Shown in pieces: positions 19,982 through 29,175 of a stretch of 64,000 bases of DNA. Source of the stretch: an uncultured bacterium (GTDB lineage Bacteria; Edwardsbacteria; AC1; EtOH8). Within the stretch, counting starts at the first letter, position 1. Each line of letters begins with the position of its first letter. The position numbers and the translations under genes were made by a program. The notes under the pieces are model-generated. The model was not told the DNA's origin, searched no databases, and saw nothing but the letters and a program-made list of their open reading frames with translations. The stretch spans positions 96,001-160,000 of the forward strand of contig CAWAAX010000003.1 in the NCBI GenBank assembly GCA_963780225.1, written 5' to 3'.

Positions 19982-20172
19982 TTTGACAAACCAGGCTGTT
20001 GGTGCTAAAATGGAATGGATAAAATGATGCAAAATGCAGATGAAACCTAACATAATCAGGTCTTTAAAAGCAGTTCCGGCAGGCAGGGAAACCGGGGCCG
20101 GTGCCTTATAACAGGTGCGTTTTGGTGTAGTTTGCCAGGCGCACCTTTTTAATTTACAACTTACGGCGGACC

Positions 20173-20886
20173 ATGAAAGAAGAACTCAAGATCATTTGCC
20201 GGATCCAGGTGCTGGATGCCGATGTCTATGCGACCCGGCAGAGGCTGGAGACCATCCCCCAGGAGCTGAACGAGATCAATATTCGCGAGCAGGAGGGCGC
20301 CGGGGCCATGCGTGAGGTCGGGCAAAAACTGGCCGGGAGCGCCAAGGTCAAAAAGGCCGGGGAGCTTGACCTGGAGTCCGCCACGGCCGCTTTACGAAAA
20401 CTGCACGCCCAGCTTCCCCAGGTAAAGACCAACAAGGAATACACCGCCATGCAGCAGGAGATAGAGCAGGGCAAGGTAAAGATATCGGATATCGAGGAGA
20501 AGATCCTGCTGGAGATGGAACATTTGGACGCCCTGGCCCTGCAGGAAAAGGAATTCTCCCGGCAATATGATCTCCTTAAAAAAGACCTGGACGGCAAAAG
20601 AAAAACGCTGCTGGAAGAACTGGCCATGATGGAATCCCGGCTGACCGGCCTGCTGACCCAGAGGGAAACGGTGGTCAAAACCCTGCCGCCGGAGATCGCC
20701 TCGGTCTATCACCGGATCATGCAGGGGCGGCCCGGGACCGCGGTGGTCCCGGTCAGCGGGGCCTCCTGCGGAGGCTGCTTTGCCAACCTGCCGCCCCAGT
20801 TCATCAACGAGATCAAGAAAATGGAGAAGCTGATAACATGCGAAACCTGCGGCCGGATCCTGGTGTGGTCCCAGGAAGGGATTTGA
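20173..20886 (+). CDS. Coiled-coil C4 zinc-ribbon protein (CT398/HP0958-like)
   Basis: Long coiled coil, CGGC...CETCGRIL; usual neighbour of rnhA/rnpB. Confidence 0.85.
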   Translation: MKEELKIICRIQVLDADVYATRQRLETIPQELNEINIREQEGAGAMREVGQKLAGSAKVKKAGELDLESATAALRKLHAQLPQVKTNKEYTAMQQEIEQGKVKISDIEEKILLEMEHLDALALQEKEFSRQYDLLKKDLDGKRKTLLEELAMMESRLTGLLTQRETVVKTLPPEIASVYHRIMQGRPGTAVVPVSGASCGGCFANLPPQFINEIKKMEKLITCETCGRILVWSQEGI

Positions 20887-21096
20887 CAGGGAACATTACA
20901 GGACGAAGGCTTCGACACTGGCTCAGCCGCGCGATTTACGCAGATTTAGCGAATTAAATTGATTGTTGCCCAAAAAACTCATTACTTTATTGAAATCCAT
21001 CTAAACTCAACAAATTCCTGTCATTCCTGGTTTCCTTATAAATAAGAGATTCTCATCGCATTTAAAAAATATTTACCAACAGGCTAAGGAGGGGAT

Positions 21097-21678
21097 ATGA
21101 TCAAGAAGCACAACAAGATGTCGGCCAGGCTTTCAGTAGTTCTGCGAAAGATCGCTAACGACCACCACCTGTCGCAGGTGGCCGAGGATGAAGGCTGCAG
21201 CCGCACCGACCTGAAAGAGGCTCTGGTGGCCCTGGCCGACAAGATAGAACAGGAGACCGGGGTGGACATTGTGACCCTGGCGGTGGACGGGGCGGCCCGG
21301 GGCAACCCCGGACCGGCCGGGGCCGGGGCAGCCCTGCTGGACAGCCAGGGGCGTTCCTTGGCCGAAAAGACCATGTACCTGGGCAAGGCCACCAACAACG
21401 AGGCCGAATACCAGGCGCTGGTGATGGGCCTGGCCTTGGCCCTGGAGCGGGACCATCCCCGGATCCTGATCCAGACCGACAGCGAGCTTATGGCCAAACA
21501 GATCACAGGGGAGTATAAGATCAAGGAACCCCGCCTGAAAAAGTATTTTACCCAAGCCCACGCTCTGCTGGAAAAGTTCCAGAAATGGGAGATCAAAGCC
21601 GTGCCCCGGGCCGAGAACCGCCTGGCCGACAGGCTGTCCAATATCGCCATTGACAAAGTCGCAAAGGAAGACTTATAA
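21097..21678 (+). CDS. rnhA: Ribonuclease HI with N-terminal extension
   Basis: DGAARGNPGPAG, TNNEAEY, TDSEL, NRLADRL. Confidence 0.88.
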   Translation: MIKKHNKMSARLSVVLRKIANDHHLSQVAEDEGCSRTDLKEALVALADKIEQETGVDIVTLAVDGAARGNPGPAGAGAALLDSQGRSLAEKTMYLGKATNNEAEYQALVMGLALALERDHPRILIQTDSELMAKQITGEYKIKEPRLKKYFTQAHALLEKFQKWEIKAVPRAENRLADRLSNIAIDKVAKEDL

Positions 21679-21780
21679 TTAAAGGTTGGGCATCTCCGCA
21701 TGAGGGCCCATATGGGTATGCTGTAGTCAGTATCCAGTATCCAGAGGGATCCTAAGCAATCACAATATACGGGAGAAAAA

Positions 21781-22190
21781 CGGGCAGGATCGGGTGATCG
21801 CTCCCCGCCTCTGGCGGGGGGAGGAAAGTCCGAGCTCCGGAGGACAGGCAGCCCCGGGAATACCGGGGGCTTCGCCGGTAATGCGGCGGAGACGGAAAGT
21901 GCCACAGAAAATATACCGCCCCGCCTTTGGCGGGGTAAGGGTGAAATGGCGAGGTAAGAGCTCACCGTCCCGCCGGCAACGGCGGGAGCAAGGCAAACCC
22001 CTGCCGGAGCAAGACCAAATAGATTCCGCCGCCAAAGCCTTGTCCTTGTGGCAGGGCTTTAAGAAGGCCGGTCCGGCCGTAAAGCGGAAGGGTAGGTCGC
22101 TTGATCTCCCGCTGTAATGGCGGGGGGCAGATAGATGATCATCGTCCCGCCTCTGGCGGGATACAGAACTCGGCTTACAGATCCTGTCCG
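21781..22190 (+). ncRNA. rnpB: RNase P RNA (type A)
   Basis: GAGGAAAGTCC, AGTGCCACAGAAA, GGTAAGAGC, GGCAAACCC, ACAGAACTCGGCTTA; P1 pairing cgggcaggatc/gatcctgtccg. Confidence 0.95.
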
Positions 22191-22264
22191 TTTTTGTCCT
22201 GGCTTAGGGTTAACATCCGGGTATCACAAAATTAAATCAAACTGCACAAAAAGTATTTTACCTG

Positions 22265-23968
22265 ATGGAAAAAAACTGGATCTACCCCCAGCCGGTGGAA
22301 GCCGGACTGGTCAATAAAATAGCTGCTTCACTGGAAGTACCGGCCATCATTGCCCGGTTGCTGGTGGCCCGGGGGATCACCACCGGGCCCGAGGCCCGGC
22401 AATTCTTGCGCCCCACCCTGAAGGATCTTCATGACCCGTATCTGATGAACGACATGGAAAAGACCGTGGTCCGGATAGAAGAGGCTTTGGCCGGCCGGCA
22501 GAAGATAATGATCTACGGCGACTATGACGTGGACGGCATCACCGGCACCGCCCTGCTGTGGCGCAGCCTGTTCGCCCTGGGGGCCGAGGCCTCCTGGTAC
22601 CTTCCCAACCGGATCCAGGAGGGCTACGGCATCTCGGCTTCGGGGGTGGAGGAGGCCCAGCGCCGGGGGGTGAAACTGATCATCTCGGTGGACTGCGGCA
22701 TCACCGCCCACCCGGAGGTCCTTTTGGCCAAAAGTCTTGGGATAGACTGCATCATTACCGACCACCACGAGACCAAGGACAGCCTGCCGGAAGCGGTCTC
22801 CGTGCTGGATCCCAAGCGGGGCGACAGCACCTACCCCTACCAGGAACTGGCCGGGGTGGGGGTGGCCTACAAGCTGATGCAGGCCCTGTACCGCCGGCTG
22901 GGAATGGAGGACGCTGCGCTGGAGCAGCACCTGGACCTGGTGGCCCTGGGCACCATTGCCGACATCGTCCCCCTGACCGGGGAGAACCGGGTGCTGGCCA
23001 AGTTCGGGATAGAGCGGATCAAGAACAGCAGCAAGCCCGGCATCAGGGCCCTGCTGGAGGTGACCGGGTTGTCCGGCAAGCCGATGGATTCCGGCCAGAT
23101 AGTCTTTGTGGTGGCCCCCCGGATAAACGCCGCCGGCCGGATAGGCACGGCCGACCTGGCCTTAAGGCTTTTGGTGACCGAGAACCAGGACGAGGCCTTT
23201 ACCATCGCCAGGTCGCTGGACGAGGAGAACCGCAAGCGCAAGGAGATCGACGAGCTGATCCTGAGCGAAGCCATGGACATGGTGGCGCAGCAGGTCAACC
23301 TGAACAAGGAGCGGGTGATAGTGCTGTCCTCCGACACCTGGCACCAGGGAGTGATCGGGATAGTGGCCTCGCGGCTGGTGGAGGCCTTTTACCGGCCCAC
23401 CATCCTGATAGCTGTGGACGGCGACAAAGGCAAGGGTTCGGCCCGCTCCATCACCGCCTTTCACCTGCACCAGGCCCTCAAGGAATGCCAGCAGCACCTG
23501 CTGGGATACGGCGGGCACAAATACGCGGCCGGCCTGTCGATCGACGCCGGGAGCATCCCCCAGTTCCGGACCGACATCAACAAGTATGCCGATGAGGTAT
23601 TGAGCCCCGAGGACATGATCCCCAGCCAGACCCTGGACGCCGAGGTGGACCTGGACTCCATCGATCTGGAAACGGCCCAAAGCTTTTCCCTGTTCGCCCC
23701 CTTCGGCCCGGGCAACCGCCATCCGGTGCTGGTATCGGACCAACTGCGGGTGGTGGGAACGCCCTACATAGTGGGCAAGAATCATTTGAAATTCAAGGTC
23801 AAGCAGAACCAGAAGATATTCGACACCATCGGTTTTTCCTTCGGCGACCTCTTGGACGAACTGGAGGACCGGGACTGCAGCCTGGACCTGGCCTTTGTGC
23901 TGGAGGAGAACGAGTGGCAGGGCCGCAAGAAGCTGCAGCTGCGGGTCAAGGATATCAAGGTGCGGTAG
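22265..23968 (+). CDS. recJ: ssDNA exonuclease RecJ
   Basis: GDYDVDG, VDCG, TDHH, PRINAAGR, GGHKYAAG. Confidence 0.95.
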   Translation: MEKNWIYPQPVEAGLVNKIAASLEVPAIIARLLVARGITTGPEARQFLRPTLKDLHDPYLMNDMEKTVVRIEEALAGRQKIMIYGDYDVDGITGTALLWRSLFALGAEASWYLPNRIQEGYGISASGVEEAQRRGVKLIISVDCGITAHPEVLLAKSLGIDCIITDHHETKDSLPEAVSVLDPKRGDSTYPYQELAGVGVAYKLMQALYRRLGMEDAALEQHLDLVALGTIADIVPLTGENRVLAKFGIERIKNSSKPGIRALLEVTGLSGKPMDSGQIVFVVAPRINAAGRIGTADLALRLLVTENQDEAFTIARSLDEENRKRKEIDELILSEAMDMVAQQVNLNKERVIVLSSDTWHQGVIGIVASRLVEAFYRPTILIAVDGDKGKGSARSITAFHLHQALKECQQHLLGYGGHKYAAGLSIDAGSIPQFRTDINKYADEVLSPEDMIPSQTLDAEVDLDSIDLETAQSFSLFAPFGPGNRHPVLVSDQLRVVGTPYIVGKNHLKFKVKQNQKIFDTIGFSFGDLLDELEDRDCSLDLAFVLEENEWQGRKKLQLRVKDIKVR

Positions 23969-23989
23969 CCAGTATTTAGCAGATTTATT

Positions 23990-24238
23990 TTATTAGGAAT
24001 CCAGGAAACCATGAAAACGAAACCGTAGAGAAATTTGGTTAATAACTAACTTCCCAATAAAATCAAGTTGAGTACCTTTGATCCTTGCGCGATTATTCAA
24101 GTACACCAGTTAACAAAAATTAAAAGATAATTTCCCATGCAAAATAAAAATTTTATTAAAATCCTGGCTTTTGCCTTTTTTACAGCAAGTAAACAGATAA
24201 CAAAAATATATTTTCCTGCCTTTCCTGGCTTCCTTATA
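23990..24238. repeat. MITE-like family A element (TATTAGGAA...TTCCTTATA) with an AT-rich interior
   Basis: Same termini at 33628-33701 and 61889-62073; right half at 21015-21040. Confidence 0.65.
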
Positions 24239-24260
24239 GTTTTGGCTTATCTGGGTTAGG

Positions 24261-25544
24261 ATGCAGAAGATCAAAACGCAGCACCATAAAACCGTCCTTT
24301 CTACCGGGCTGACCGCGGTCAGCGAGAACATCCCCGGGGCCGCCTCCATCGCCGTGGGGCTGTGGCTGGCCCGGGGCTCGCGCGACGAATCCCAGGCCTC
24401 CCGGGGGATGTGCCACTTTATAGAGCACATGGCCTTCAAGGGCACCAAGACCCGGAGCGCCCGGGACATCGCCCTGTGCCTGGAATCGGTGGGCGGGCAC
24501 CTGGACGCCTTTACCTCCAAGGAGGAGACCTGTTTTTACGCCCGGGTCCAGCAGCGCCACCAGGCCCTGGCCCTGGAGCTGATAGCCGACATAGTCACCA
24601 ACCTGAAGTTCGATCCCCGGGACGTGGCCCGGGAGAAAATGGTGATCGCCGAGGAGATCAAGAGCGTGGAAGACACCCCGGACGACCTGGTGTATGAACT
24701 TTTTGCCGAGGCCATGTTCGACGGGCACCCCTTGAGCTTTCCCATCCTGGGTTCAAGGAAAAATTGCCGGGATTTCACCGCCCCCAAGGTCAAAAACTTT
24801 TGGCGGGATTGCTACCGGCCGCCCCACATGATGGTGTCCCTGGCCGGCCAGGTGGATCACCGGGGTTTTTGCCGGATGCTGGAAAAGTATTTTCCCGGCC
24901 CGGCCCAAAAGCAGGAGCTGGCGGTCAAGCCCTTTGTCCCGGATTTCAAGCCTTCGTTAAAGATGCTGTCCCGCAAGATATCCCAGGCCCACATCTGCCT
25001 GGGGGTGCCGGCCCTGGCCACCAACGATCCCCGGCGCTATGTCCTTCTGGTCCTGAATACCATCCTGGGCGGGGGCATGAGCTCCCGGTTGTTCCAGAAG
25101 ATCCGGGAACAAAGCGGGCTGGCCTATTCGGTCTTCTCCTTCACCGATCTTTACCGGGATACCGGAGTGCTGGGAGTCTATCTGGGGGTGTCTCCCGACA
25201 AGACGGACCAGGCCCTGGCCATGGCGCTCAAAGAGATCAGGCAAATGTCCAGGAATCCCGTTTCCCGGGCCGAACTGGACAACGCCAAGGAGCAGCTTAA
25301 GGGCGGCCTGTTCCTGGGAATGGAGAGCACCTCCAACCGGATGATGCGCCTGGCCAAGATGGCCCTGCACCACGAACCCTATCTGACCCCTGAGGAGACC
25401 GCGGTCCTGATAGACCGGGTAACGATAGACCAGGTGCGGCAGATGGCCCAAAGCCTGCTGGTGCCCCAAAAGCTGGGGGCGGCCATCCTGGGGCCGTTGA
25501 ACCAGAAGAAATATTCCCTGGCCAGACTGCAGGAACAATTGTAA
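24261..25544 (+). CDS. M16 (pitrilysin) family zinc peptidase
   Basis: HFIEHMAFKGT inverted zinc motif, GGGMSSRLFQ.IRE..GLAYSV. Confidence 0.92.
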   Translation: MQKIKTQHHKTVLSTGLTAVSENIPGAASIAVGLWLARGSRDESQASRGMCHFIEHMAFKGTKTRSARDIALCLESVGGHLDAFTSKEETCFYARVQQRHQALALELIADIVTNLKFDPRDVAREKMVIAEEIKSVEDTPDDLVYELFAEAMFDGHPLSFPILGSRKNCRDFTAPKVKNFWRDCYRPPHMMVSLAGQVDHRGFCRMLEKYFPGPAQKQELAVKPFVPDFKPSLKMLSRKISQAHICLGVPALATNDPRRYVLLVLNTILGGGMSSRLFQKIREQSGLAYSVFSFTDLYRDTGVLGVYLGVSPDKTDQALAMALKEIRQMSRNPVSRAELDNAKEQLKGGLFLGMESTSNRMMRLAKMALHHEPYLTPEETAVLIDRVTIDQVRQMAQSLLVPQKLGAAILGPLNQKKYSLARLQEQL

Positions 25545-25608
25545 ACAACTTACGGTGAACAGTGAATATTATCGACGGGCACCCAACGATAACCAAAAAT
25601 AAATTTCA

Positions 25609-25836
25609 ATGACCAATACACCAGAATTACCAAAGCTTAAAGACAAACTGCAGCGCCGGGAATATTTGGAAGTCTTGCGGAAAATGACCGGCGAGCAACG
25701 GGTGGTGCTGGGTTTTGAACTTCACGACCTGGCCCTGCGTCTGATGCAGGACGGGATCCGCGACCGGCATCCCGAATACGATGACAGGCAAATCCAGCAG
25801 GAAACTGCCAAGCGTCTATTGCGATGCAACAGATAG
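25609..25836 (+). CDS. Small helical protein, putative MenA1-like antitoxin
   Basis: 75 aa overlapping the downstream NTase; RHPE motif recalls Rv0078B (by eye). Confidence 0.55.
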   Translation: MTNTPELPKLKDKLQRREYLEVLRKMTGEQRVVLGFELHDLALRLMQDGIRDRHPEYDDRQIQQETAKRLLRCNR

Positions 25837-26393
25837 AATTTTTTACTTCGGTGATAAGGGCGCTTAACGAGATCGGCGTCCAGTACATGCTGACAGGCTC
25901 GGTGGCCTCGAATTTCTACGGCCAGCCGCGGCTGACCCATGACGTGGACCTGGCGGTGGTGCTTACGTTTGGGCAGATAAAAGTACTGGCTTCGAAATAT
26001 CCCGCGCCCCGATATTATCTCAGCGAAGATGCGGCGGCCGAAGCGGTCAAAACCAGGGCCATGTTCAATCTGATCGACTCGGAGACAGGGCTTAAGGCCG
26101 ATTTCTGGATTTATGATGAAGATGATGCCCTGAAACGTTCGGCTTTCCTCCGCCGCCGTCAGGCTGTGGTACTGGGTCAGAAAACATTCATCGCCACGCC
26201 CGAAGACATCATACTGCTGAAACTAGACTGGCACCGGCAGGGGGTAGAAAATACGGTTCAATTCAAAGACGCCTTGGCTGTTTTGGAGATACAACGGAAA
26301 GATCTGGATATGGATTATCTGCGATCAATGGCACGGTCCATTGGCCTAACTGAGCTATTGGCATCCTTGGAAGCACAGGCGGTGACTGATTGA
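25824..26393 (+). CDS. Nucleotidyltransferase, MenT1/AbiEii-like putative toxin
   Basis: TGSVA...PRLTHDVDL, ATPEDIILLK, QFKD motifs. Confidence 0.7.
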   Translation: MQQIEFFTSVIRALNEIGVQYMLTGSVASNFYGQPRLTHDVDLAVVLTFGQIKVLASKYPAPRYYLSEDAAAEAVKTRAMFNLIDSETGLKADFWIYDEDDALKRSAFLRRRQAVVLGQKTFIATPEDIILLKLDWHRQGVENTVQFKDALAVLEIQRKDLDMDYLRSMARSIGLTELLASLEAQAVTD

Positions 26394-26482
26394 CAAGAGC
26401 CGGCCTTTGATCATTGCCGGGGCATGCGCTTCAATATTCCGCGGTTTTCATAAATACAAATAATCATACAAGGGGAAACATC

Positions 26483-27709
26483 ATGTCTGCCAAGTCAAAA
26501 GCCAAGAAGGCCGAGCTGATGCCGTCCAAACGCTCGGCGGCCATGCAGGCTTCGCCCATCCGCCGGCTGGTGCCGCTGGCCGACCAGGCCAAGTCCAGGG
26601 GAACAAAGGTCTACCACCTGAACATCGGCCAGCCCGACATCATCACTCCCAAAGAGATCATGGACGCCATCCGCAACTTCCGGGAGGAAGTGCTGGCCTA
26701 CGGCCCCAGCCTGGGCCTGCCGGAGCTGCGCCAGGAGATCAAGCGTTATTTTGAGAAACTGGACATCATGCTCTCGGTGGACGACGTGATGGTGACCACG
26801 GCCGGGTCAGAGGCCATAGTATTCGCCCTGATGGCGGTGGGCGACCCCGGGGACGAGGTTCTGGTGCCCGAGCCCTTTTACACCAATTACAACGGCTTCG
26901 CCAGCATGGCCGACATCAAGCTGGTGGCGGTGCCCACCGACGTGGAGGACGGCTTCGGCATGCCCAGCAAGGCCGAGTTCGCCAAACGGATCACCAAAAA
27001 GACCAAGGCCATCCTGTTCTGCTCGCCCAACAACCCCACCGGGGCGGTATTTTCCCGTTCCGACCTGGAGATGCTGGCCGGGCTGGCCAGGGAGAAGAAC
27101 CTCTGGCTGCTAGCCGACGAGGTCTACCGGGAATTCATCTACGACGGCGGCTACCATACCAGCATCCTGCACATCAAGGGGGCCGAGGACCGGGCCATCA
27201 TGCTGGACTCCGTCTCCAAGCGCTTCTCGGCCTGCGGGGCCCGGGTGGGCTGCCTGGTCAGCCGCAATCCCCATATCATGCAGGCCGCGCTTAAGCTGGG
27301 CCAGGCCCGGCTCTGCCCGCCCACCATTGAGCAGGTGGGGGCCATCGCCGGATACAAGAACATCCACAAATACCTGAAGAAGATGGTGAACGAGTACCAG
27401 CACCGCCGGGACATCGTCTGCGACGAGCTGGCCAAGATCGAGGGGGCGGTGTTCACCAAGCCTAAGGGGGCTTTCTACATCATGCCCCAGCTGCCGATAG
27501 ACGACTCCAACAAGTTCGCCCAGTGGATGCTGACCGACTTTTCCCACCAGGGTGCCACCACCATGGTGGCCCCGGGCGACGGATTTTACGCCGACCCCAG
27601 CAAGGGCAAGCAGGAGATCCGGATCGCCTACGTTTTAAAGGGGGCCGACCTCAAGAAAGCCATGCAGCTGCTGGCCCTGGGGGTCAAGGCTTACAACGGA
27701 AGAAGGTAG
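26483..27709 (+). CDS. aspC: Class I/II PLP-dependent (aspartate) aminotransferase
   Basis: NIGQPD, PNNPTG, DEVY, SVSKRFSACGARVG. Confidence 0.88.
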   Translation: MSAKSKAKKAELMPSKRSAAMQASPIRRLVPLADQAKSRGTKVYHLNIGQPDIITPKEIMDAIRNFREEVLAYGPSLGLPELRQEIKRYFEKLDIMLSVDDVMVTTAGSEAIVFALMAVGDPGDEVLVPEPFYTNYNGFASMADIKLVAVPTDVEDGFGMPSKAEFAKRITKKTKAILFCSPNNPTGAVFSRSDLEMLAGLAREKNLWLLADEVYREFIYDGGYHTSILHIKGAEDRAIMLDSVSKRFSACGARVGCLVSRNPHIMQAALKLGQARLCPPTIEQVGAIAGYKNIHKYLKKMVNEYQHRRDIVCDELAKIEGAVFTKPKGAFYIMPQLPIDDSNKFAQWMLTDFSHQGATTMVAPGDGFYADPSKGKQEIRIAYVLKGADLKKAMQLLALGVKAYNGRR

Positions 27710-27728
27710 ATTACTGGACAAAAGCAAG

Positions 27729-27754
27729 GGGCGATTTTAACAAATCGCCCTTTT
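27729..27754 (+). terminator. Intrinsic terminator
   Basis: gggcgattt-taac-aaatcgccc-tttt. Confidence 0.7.
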
Positions 27755-27841
27755 GGCTTTTTAAGCAAATAAGTGTTGTCAAAAATCAGGACAGTTGTTA
27801 TAATGTTAAAAAAGGCATCATTAATCATATATTAAACAAAA

Positions 27842-28297
27842 ATGAAATCCGTCAAGCTCAAGATCACCAAGCTCAATTCCCTGGCGCTGATACCAGCCTA
27901 TGCCACCAAACATGCCGCTGGGATGGACCTTTGCGCAGCTTTGGAAAAACCAATATCCCTAAAACCACGCCAGATCAAACTGGTCCCCACCGGGCTGGCT
28001 CTGGAAATTCCCGTGGGCTACGAAGGCCAGATCCGTCCCCGCAGCGGCCTGGCGCTGAAGCACGGCATCTCCATCGTCAACGCACCGGGCACCATTGACG
28101 CCGACTACCGGGGCGAGGTGGGAGTGATCCTGGTAAACCTGGGAGCAAAGAACTTTACCATCAACCCCGGGGACAGGATAGCCCAGCTGGTCATCTCTCC
28201 AGTGGTCAGGGTCCATATCCTTGAAACCAAGACACTAAAGAAAACCAAACGGGGATCTGGCGGCTTCGGACATACTGGTATAAATGGCAAAAAATGA
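27842..28297 (+). CDS. dut: dUTP diphosphatase
   Basis: [37 protein letters not shown]. Confidence 0.96.
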   Translation: MKSVKLKITKLNSLALIPAYATKHAAGMDLCAALEKPISLKPRQIKLVPTGLALEIPVGYEGQIRPRSGLALKHGISIVNAPGTIDADYRGEVGVILVNLGAKNFTINPGDRIAQLVISPVVRVHILETKTLKKTKRGSGGFGHTGINGKK

Positions 28298-29163
28298 AAA
28301 CCGAAAAGGAAATATTTGACCTAATTATGGACACTGCCAAGGAAGACGAACGCATCCGCGCAGTGATCTTGAACGGCTCACGCGCTGATCCTAATGCTTC
28401 CAGAGATATCTTTCAGGATTATGACATTGTTTATCTTGTTACGGAGGTTGCCCCATTCAGACGCAATTACGATTGGATCAAGCGTTTTGGCGAACTGATG
28501 ATCCTACAGACACCCGCAGATATGGAAGAGCCCCAACCATCTGATGACGGCAATTACACATACTTGATGCAATTTGCCGATGGTAACCGGATCGATCTTA
28601 GTATCTGTCCTGTCTCACAGGCCTGCAAGGTTACCAACGACAGCCAGAGCCTTTCAATGCTGGACAAAGATGGGATTGTTGGTACTCTGCCCCCACCAAG
28701 CGATGCTGACTATCTCCCGCGGCCGCCATCAGAAAAACAGTTTGCCGATTGCTGCAATGAATATTGGTGGGTCTGCCCATATGTGGCCAAGGGTTTGTGG
28801 CGGGATGAATTGACATATGCCAAGCATATGCTCGACAATGTGGTCAGGGAACAGCTGGTGAAGATGTTGGAATGGCATATCGGAATAAAAACAGGATTCT
28901 CTAAAAATCCCGGCAAAATGGGGAAGTATTTTAAAAACTATCTAGAACCGGAGTTGTGGCAGCAATTGACAAAAACTTATTCCGCTTCTGACTTCAAGGA
29001 TATTTGGCAATCACTATTCATCATGTGCACCCTCTTCAGGACAGTATCTACCCAGGTGGCGGGGCATTTTGGCTATAAATATCCTTTGGAAGATGATAAA
29101 AAAGTCACTGCTCATCTCCACCGTATCAAGTCCTTACCCAAAGACGCTGAAGCTATCTATTAA
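28294..29163 (+). CDS. Aminoglycoside 6-adenylyltransferase family (AadK/ANT(6)-like)
   Basis: NGSRA...[38 protein letters not shown]; lower GC. Confidence 0.85.
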   Translation: MKTEKEIFDLIMDTAKEDERIRAVILNGSRADPNASRDIFQDYDIVYLVTEVAPFRRNYDWIKRFGELMILQTPADMEEPQPSDDGNYTYLMQFADGNRIDLSICPVSQACKVTNDSQSLSMLDKDGIVGTLPPPSDADYLPRPPSEKQFADCCNEYWWVCPYVAKGLWRDELTYAKHMLDNVVREQLVKMLEWHIGIKTGFSKNPGKMGKYFKNYLEPELWQQLTKTYSASDFKDIWQSLFIMCTLFRTVSTQVAGHFGYKYPLEDDKKVTAHLHRIKSLPKDAEAIY

Positions 29164-29175
29164 TCTTGTCGTAAA

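Noticed and set aside
18192..20172. Prophage or ICE integrated at tRNA-Val
   Set aside because: No integrase, no structural or conjugation genes, and no duplicated tRNA 3' end found.
21084..21965. 293-aa minus-strand ORF
   Set aside because: Overlaps rnhA and RNase P RNA antisense; no protein features.
22558..23595. 345-aa alternative-frame ORF inside recJ
   Set aside because: Gly/Pro/Arg-rich off-frame reading typical of high-GC genes.
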